From contig OZ025781.1 of the NCBI GenBank assembly GCA_964019425.1, positions 806,001-870,000 of the forward strand: a stretch of 64,000 bases of DNA, in the 5' to 3' direction. Numbering within the stretch: the first letter of the stretch is position 1; each line of letters begins with the position of its first letter. The translations under genes and the position numbers were made by a program. Below are positions 56,688 to 64,000 of this stretch, in pieces. The DNA comes from Flectonema sp. DT1601 (lineage: Eukaryota). A model generated the notes under the pieces. That model saw nothing but the letters and a program-made list of their open reading frames with translations, made no database searches and was not told the origin of the DNA.

Positions 56688-59600
56688 ATGCTTCCATCAG
56701 ACGGAGATGGAAAACGATTGGGTGGTAAACTACGACTACCAATACTGCAAGGTGACAACAGTGAATTCACAGCGAAAGGAAACAGAAGACTGAGTGAAAT
56801 GCTGAGGGGTCAAGTAAACTGTTTGAGAGAAGCAGAAGAGTGTTTTGTGTCGTATCGAAGTAGCGCGAGGCTTCCAAAAGTTAGAGTACCAGAACAGGAG
56901 GGGAGTCGATCAATCATTTCAATGCCGCAGCAGAATACCAAAACACTTCCACAACAGAAGAACAAGACGGATTACTCTTCTTTGTTAGTCGAACAGGCGA
57001 AAGATTTAAAAGTTCGAGAAGCTGAATCAGAATTCGTGTTAGCGCAGCCATCCCCAAGTAACCAAATGAGAAAATCCGACGGCAAAAGAATAAGTCTCAA
57101 GAAAATAAAACCACCAACAGAACCCGTCAAAGATCAGACAAAATGGGAATGGGAAGACAGCTACGGAGTCTGGCACTTGTTTGACCTTTCCGATGCCGGT
57201 ATTCTCGAAGAAGCCTTCCGTTCTGGAAATGATCTTCTCGAAAGATCAGACTTGTCGTTTAACGGGGGAGGCTCTCGTTTTAAATTTGATTTCAAAAAAA
57301 TGATTCAAATTAACTTCGAGTCAAACACGCGACGTCGAATCCGCAGGGGAGTAGGTCGGCAGTGGTTTGAAGACGTTTTTAAATTCAAAGAACAAACTTA
57401 TATACAAACACAGAGACGGTTGTTAGTAATGCAAACAGGAACAGGAAGCGCATTGCGATTGGGAAGGTGGAGAGTTGGAAAGTGGAGTTGTCCCACTTTG
57501 GGTGAGCTGAGGGCAGCCGGTAAAAGTGTTTTACAAGAGAGTGGACTGATGGGAAAAAGTTTTAAAATATCGAACATCACAACTCATTGGCACGAGTTGC
57601 ACAGACAACCAGAGAATAACGGAGCTGTGTTTCAAATTGCTACAAATTTCAATGGACTCTCTTCAGTTTCTTCTAATGAAACACCAGAAGATGGAATAGA
57701 AGGCTATCGGGCATCTGTTTGTGAAGGTGCTGTTGCTGCCTCCTCTTGCGGGGCTGCTGTAGCTTTCAGAAACTATCTCCTCCCTCTTGGTGACGGAAAG
57801 GTTGGACAAACATCTTCAGATCAGTTGAATCTTTTGAGTAGTTTGTCTTCAGTTGTTGGTGACGTCAGATGGGATATTGCGAATGGAATTATCGATGCGG
57901 ATCTGTCAAGTCTCGCAAAGATAAATCGAAAGATTTCTTCTTTCTCACCCTCACAATTAGATTCTATCAGAGAATCTATTCGAATTGGACTTCATCTCGA
58001 TACGGAAGTAACGTTATCAAACGCTCCTCATGAACAATTCGTTGGTCACGCCTGTTGTGGTGTTGTTGACTCAGGTCATAGTGAGTTACAGGCTAATCTT
58101 TGGGAACCTCTTTCAACATTAATCCTTGAGGCAACATTTGAAGCAACTCTTTGGGCTTCTGTTATTTATAATTTCCAAAGAAAGGATAAGAATAATGGAC
58201 GCAGGCAGCCAGTCTTCCTATCTGGACCTGAGACTGCGAAGACTACAAATCGAATGTTTTACGCGAATTCAATATTTGCGGCCTGCAGTAGGTTGAGGAC
58301 TGCTGGTGTCGGTCTCGATGTTAGAATCGTTCACAATGATGCACTTGTACCACAACAATTTGAAATATTAGCAAAAGGTTTGGACTACACCAGTGTAACT
58401 ACAAATACTATGGGTGCCTACTTTGTTGGAAACAACGTTGAAGTCAGAGACAGTGAATCTAACAGTTGGCTACCCGCTACTGTGACAGCTGTGATCGGAC
58501 CCTCAATTCTCGTCAAACCGAAAGACTGGAAAGAATCTTATCGCTGGGAGCATATCCGACACGTCAATCAGAAGTCATTTCGAAAAGAAGGGACGGCATC
58601 CGAAACAAATAACAACCTCACACGGAGAACTACTCTAACGAGGAAGAATATTAAAGATGTTCCTCAAAAGACGATTAAAGAAGTTTCTTATTCTCTGGGA
58701 GAACACGTTCTTGTGAGAGACGATGTCGACAAGAAATGGAAACCTGGCGTTGTAACAAAAGTTGAAGAAAACAACGAGAGGACGTTAATTTATGTCCTTC
58801 CTGACGATTGGGAGTCTGCGTTCAGCTTCTGTTGGAATTATATAAAGAAACCAATTATTCATCGAAAGCAGTCAGCTAGAAGTAGAACCATGTCATCAAC
58901 TGGATTACCAAACGAGTCAGTATCGCAGCCTATCATATCTTCGATGATTAAACGAACTTCAACTTTGAGAATGAATCGGAAATCTAGCGTACGGAGGAAG
59001 CTGTACACTTGTTATAAAGGTCACATCTTGGAGGAAATGAAAGCAAGGGAAGCCTGGTCTGCGAAGTGTCACTGCTGCTCTGGGTTGGGCAAGAGAGGAG
59101 GAGGGGGGAAAATAGTGTTATACAACTGTTCAAAGTGTCGCGTTATTTTGTGTAAAAGATGTTGTGACTTGCGACTCGTTGAATATGAGCAGCCCCTAGC
59201 CAGAGAAGATATCGAAACGGATGAGTTGCGGATGCGCGATGTACTATTCCAACAGTACGCTGCTGGAGGAGGTGAGTTCTTAAATCACAAAGTTCAGCTA
59301 ACAACAGAGTCTGCTGTACACGAAGCTATGCGAGTTATGTACATCGACATCGAGAGAGTCGCAAGAAACGCTTTGAAATCATCTTTTAAAAGAGAGATTC
59401 GATTAATTCATAAAACACATCAGTCGTCAGCAATGTCATCCCCAAACACTGTTGTGATGTTACTAGAGACATCTGTTGATGATTTTGACAGGTCGCAATT
59501 TATTGAAAGTGTTGCGACTCAGTTGGACATCCCCAGCAATTCAATTTGGATCCAGGGAGTGATGACTTCCTCTTCAATCGATCCTCAGACAGTACTGTCT

Positions 59601-62600
59601 CCTGACATTGACACCACGAGAGGTATCAGCAGTAAATGGACTCGACAACTTCAAGTTGAAATATTAAATAAAACAGCTACTCCATCAGAACAACAACCAC
59701 CATCACTATCAGATGGTGACATAGTCGATGAGTTAATCGAAAACCTTGTCTCGCCTCCTCAATTTGTACCTCCCTTTAAGGTTGATAGTAACAGTTCCTT
59801 AAAGAGATCCTTGCGAGTCGGGTCACCACTCGACAGGATTCAAATAATTAATAATTTGGTGTCGAAGTTATCAGCGATTAGTGAAACGTGTGAATCGGGT
59901 CTGAAGTTATTATTACTTCGATTGTACTCATCAGAGGGTGCAGATATCGACAGACTGCTGGGCTGGAATGCACCAGCCTGGTCTGACGACAGAGAAAGTA
60001 GAAAGCGCTGGGCAGACTACATAGCAGCTGTTAAAGCAACTCGAAATACAGAAATCTACTCAGAAGTTAACAATGGTGGAGGGTGGAACAGATTCTCAGA
60101 AATGCTTCGCATCTTCTGCATGGATGAAATCGGAAGGATTTCACGTCCTAATCACCCGGTCAATAATATTCTTTATCGAGGACTTTATAATCTGAACTCT
60201 TCTGACCTCGAAAGGTACGCTGCGCTAAAGGAAGGAGATCGACTTTGTGTTCCAACTCTGCAATCCTTCACATTGAGTGAGAATATAACAAATAAATTTA
60301 TAAAGTCTGGATGGTTCTTAACTGCTTCGAGGAATAATGTTTGCTTACAAGTTAAAGAGTTCCCGTGTGCGTTAACAACTTCAGAAGTAAGTTGTTACGG
60401 ATTAGAACAAGAAGTATTAGTACCACCTGCTGTGTTTGAAGTAGAGTCGGTTAGTCAAATGAAATTAGGTTATCAGATCCTACTTCGGCCTCACCAGAAG
60501 TCTGCATTCACACTGCAGGTGAGTTCAGCAATCGATTTAATTTTAAAACACGAAAAACGTTTACAAGAACTAGCTCGAGTTGCTAAGACTACTTCTACAA
60601 TCGATGTTGTGATGACATTTGTCGGCCACTCGGATGATGTGATGCGAAGATGGATTTCAATATATCGAAGAAAAGGAAGTGATAGAATAGAACCAAACAT
60701 TCTCGCGGCCTATCCCTGTAAAATAATTATTTCTGATTACGAAAGTGATGATGATTCTCCAATTGGAACTAAACACCAAAAAGGACAATTACTATCTCCG
60801 AGAACTCCTTACTTTGACACTACATTCATATCTACGATAGTTATTGTTTTCGTAGGCACAACAGTAGCAGCTGCTATCCCTTCCCCTCCTCCTGGGCAGT
60901 TATTTAACGCTGCTTCTCTTGGTCTTATTTCTGACTGTGCTAAACTCTTTAGCCGTGGTACTACTAATATTATTGACCCAACAGAAAGAAGAAAGTACAA
61001 AGGTAAATCGGTACTGCATCTTGCTGCACAACATAAGAATTTTAATGAACCATCTGGTATCAAAGTCTTACAGCAACTGATTGATATCTGTTCCACTGCT
61101 GCCCGTTTCAGAGGTGGTGATCCAACACAAGCGAACGCGCTGTTGGCGACGGCTATTTTGGAATCTCCGCCACCGATGTTACTTTCTATAAAGAGATTAC
61201 CTCCAAGTGAAGTGTCGTACATCGTGAAATGGTTATCTTGTGTTAAAAGGAATGCCAAGGACAGGAAGAAACTAATAAAAAAGAATGGGAAAGAGAGGTG
61301 TTCAGGGTGTGTCAGATGTTGTGGTTGTGCAAGATGTGTTGTCGGATCACACTGGTGCCAACGAGCGTGTGATGTTTGCGGTAAAGAATTACAAAAGGTA
61401 GAAAGAGCTCCCTGGGAGGCCTGGCAATGTGCTCTCTGCATGCAAACAACACCACCAGGTGCTCGAACTTGGAATCCAAAACGAGTAGTCGTTCTCGGAA
61501 ACGGAATCCCTTCGGAAGAACAAAATCAAATGGTTTCCGTCGGTTCTTTCTCGAGATGCAGACACCCTCAACCGACTATATCACAATTAGAAGCAAACAC
61601 AGACTTAGATCAGTGTGATACGTCATTTTATTGTTGCCCTACACCAACTACTTGTCTTTGGGGATGTTGCTCTGATTGTTTCAAACGAATAACTGGCGCC
61701 ATACCCGCCTGGCAACATTCACATTTGGGAGACTTGGCAATTTCATCAACAGGACTGAGGACTACATTGAGAGAGTCTACGAAGCATCTGAATGGTATTT
61801 CAATGGCGATTCACTCAGGTGGTTGTGATGTGAAAGACATCCTTCGTCACATATCACTAACAATGTTAGACTTACAGGAAGGTGTTGAGAATGCCACAGC
61901 CCTACATCTCGCATGTTACAATGGAAGAGTTGAGGTCGCTCGATTACTACTCGCTGCTGGTAGTAATCCAGACTTGGAAACCAACAAGGGACATCGACCT
62001 CTTTATCTTGCAGTTACGAGAAGGGTTTGTATTATTATTTATTTCCTTTTTATGGTGTCAACCTATTTGCCTGAGATAAAACATAAAATTAAAACAGGCA
62101 TTCGAAGAGGCGGATGAATTAGCACTTCGCGGGTTAGCAACAACAGCATCGCTGGGTGGAAAAGAGTTTTGTGAAAATACTCCGTTACACGAAGCAGTTA
62201 TCTGTTCTCATTTTTCGATCGTTTCGCGACTTTTAACATTCGGTGCGAAGATTGATGCCGTGAATGGAGAAATGAAAACAGCTCTTCATATCGCTGTTGA
62301 ATTCAACGAGTTCCGACTCATCGCTTTACTTTGTTCAAGTGGAGCTGACACAACATATCAACACAATGGTAAGACTCCTTTAATAAAAGCAATTGATTAT
62401 GATGCTTTCACTGATCAGATTCCAGTATTAGAGATGCTTGCTACTCCCGATGCACTTTTAATCTGCGGTCCGAAAGAGGACACGGCATTGCATCGTGCAG
62501 CACTGAATGGAAACTTAATTTTCGTAAAAGCGCTGATTTCGTTTGGCGCGAACCCAAACTCTGTCAACAGCGTTGGGAAGACGGCCATGCAGTACGCTGC

Positions 62601-62709
62601 AGCATTTGGAGGGAGAGAAAGACCAGCAGTAATTCAATATCTTCATCCTCTATCTTGTAAAGCTGTTCTCAGAGACGTATCTGAACTGGTCTCTGGGAAT
62701 GTCGAGTAG
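56688..62709 (+). CDS. Multidomain ADP-ribose protein: WWE, PARG/macro-like, 2 Tudor/SH3-like, Cys-rich Zn module, R-S-E ADP-ribosyltransferase, ankyrin repeats; join(56688..62024,62098..62709), ~1982 aa
   Basis: WWE: KWEWEDSYGVWHLFD...LEEAF...FDFKKMIQIN...RRIRR. ART: LYRGL...LQSFT...SCYGLEQEVLVPP. Ankyrin: ATALHLACYNGRVEV, NTPLHEAV, DTALHRAALNG. A phase-0 intron joins the ORFs. Confidence 0.85.
62025..62097 (+). other. Intron, 73 nt
   Basis: GTTTGT...AAAACAG; continues the ankyrin array in frame with the 62260 ORF. Confidence 0.85.
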
Positions 62710-62986
62710 CAGAAGTTCGACGTACCTCATTTACTCAGCCACAAAGAGCCCACTTTTTCTAATTTCGGGCGAGCTGTTAGTTTCTATGAGATCGTCAGAT
62801 CTATTTACACATTTATTGTATTGTCGAATAGTCCGATTAGGAAGTGGAAGTAATTTATTATTTTTCCAAACATTTACTTCATTGAGTCCGTCTGGTGATG
62901 AAGGTGTATCAAATTGTTTCTTTACTTGTTGGGTGTTTTATTAAAATATTTTCATAAAAAACAGTTTGTTCTCATGCGACGAAACC

Positions 62987-63916
62987 ATGCCCGGTAAGAA
63001 GAGTGTTGAGACTGAGCGTCTTTATATTTATCCACATTGGGTGACATGTGACTTCGATAAAAATCCTTATCCTGTTAAAGAAATGCAGTCGAAAGGGTTT
63101 TGGAATGAAATAAAGAATTTATATATCTGTCATTGTTGTTATGAACCATTTTCAGAAAGATTGAAATACGCAATTCACGTGAGGAGTTGTAAGTTAGTCG
63201 GAGGAGTTGTTTACAGCGACACGACTTCTGATGGAATGGATGTGATTGTTTATGAAATAAGAGGTAAAGATCATCCTCTTGTCTGTGCTAAACTTGCTTG
63301 TGTTCTCGGATGTATGGTTCCTGAGAAAGCAGTACTTTATGATATGGATCATTATAATTTATATTCTGTTTATCAAAAGATAAATCGAAAGCCACACTTT
63401 GTTGGTGCCTTCAGTTCACGACCGATACCTGCAGTTTGGCACGAGACTTACTCAGCGTTATCCGTATTCGCTGTGTTACCTCCTTACAGAAGAAAAGGAT
63501 TTGGTACGTTCATGATTAGATTATCGAGAGAGTTATCCCTCTCTCGTATGACTACTCCTCCAACAGCTGAGAGACCCTTTTCTCATATCGGAGGTGTCAG
63601 CCACGGTTCTGTTTGGAGAAAAGATTGTCTCAAAGCAATTCGAGACCTCGTCAACTCCGGAGGCGAGTTTTCACTCGCTGACATTGCTGAACGTGGTCGG
63701 GTAATGGAAGAAGACTTGTTAATGGTTTTATGTTCAATGGGCTTCTTAAAACCAGGTCCTCGTCTTGTTATCAACGAGGAAGCATTTGAATATCTGAAAT
63801 CAAATGAAATCTTCGATCCGGATCTCGTCATGTTCAATCCCGTCATAGGAATCGAACAAAAACCTGTTCTCAGACCGGGTCATATCCTTTCTGAACTTCA
63901 AGACGACAATTCGTAG
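62987..63916 (+). CDS. Divergent MYST-family histone acetyltransferase, ~309 aa
   Basis: C2HC finger LYICHCC...H...C; VYEIRG; EKAVLYD; HFVGAFS; acetyl-CoA motif VLPPYRRKGFGTFMI; TAERPFSHIG. Confidence 0.85.
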   Translation: MPGKKSVETERLYIYPHWVTCDFDKNPYPVKEMQSKGFWNEIKNLYICHCCYEPFSERLKYAIHVRSCKLVGGVVYSDTTSDGMDVIVYEIRGKDHPLVCAKLACVLGCMVPEKAVLYDMDHYNLYSVYQKINRKPHFVGAFSSRPIPAVWHETYSALSVFAVLPPYRRKGFGTFMIRLSRELSLSRMTTPPTAERPFSHIGGVSHGSVWRKDCLKAIRDLVNSGGEFSLADIAERGRVMEEDLLMVLCSMGFLKPGPRLVINEEAFEYLKSNEIFDPDLVMFNPVIGIEQKPVLRPGHILSELQDDNS

Positions 63917-64000
63917 CTCCCATTATTGGAACCTCACCGTCTAAAAGAAGTGGCTGTTTGTTAATCAGCCGTTAGTTATTATTATCTGTTAGAAGTATCT

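Noticed and set aside
52678..61441. Minus-strand ORFs (129 aa twice, 210 aa, others)
   Set aside because: Antisense shadows of well-supported + strand genes.

Overview
AT-rich eukaryotic nuclear DNA. All 19 supported protein-coding genes lie on the + strand and are intronless or have one or two very short (64-79 nt) GT-AG introns. Most start codons follow a pyrimidine-rich AG. This layout suggests a euglenozoan polycistronic, trans-spliced gene array, most likely a diplonemid (inference). Genes in order: an IQ/thioredoxin(CxxS)/ankyrin protein, a CCCH zinc-finger protein, Nup35-like RRM, ACBP-domain protein, NAP-family chaperone next to a very divergent H2B-like histone, EF-hand/WD40 protein, CHASE receptor with a degenerate cyclase, EGF/tandem-methyltransferase, GT61 glycosyltransferase, Vps23/TSG101, a 72-aa microprotein candidate, BTB-BTB-BACK, Nit1 nitrilase, two near-identical nitronate monooxygenases ending in PTS1 signals, a hypothetical protein, a ~1980-aa WWE/macro-like/ART/ankyrin protein, and a MYST acetyltransferase. 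Two long non-coding blocks (1-12.9 kb and 18.4-29.1 kb) look like poly(A)/poly(T) junk. Between the homopolymers, however, they hold many nested long-range helices whose non-Watson-Crick positions are mostly G-U pairs on the + strand, plus short repeats with compensatory changes. This points to very long structured RNAs (UTRs or lncRNAs). All domain calls come from motif recognition by eye; no database search or folding program was run.
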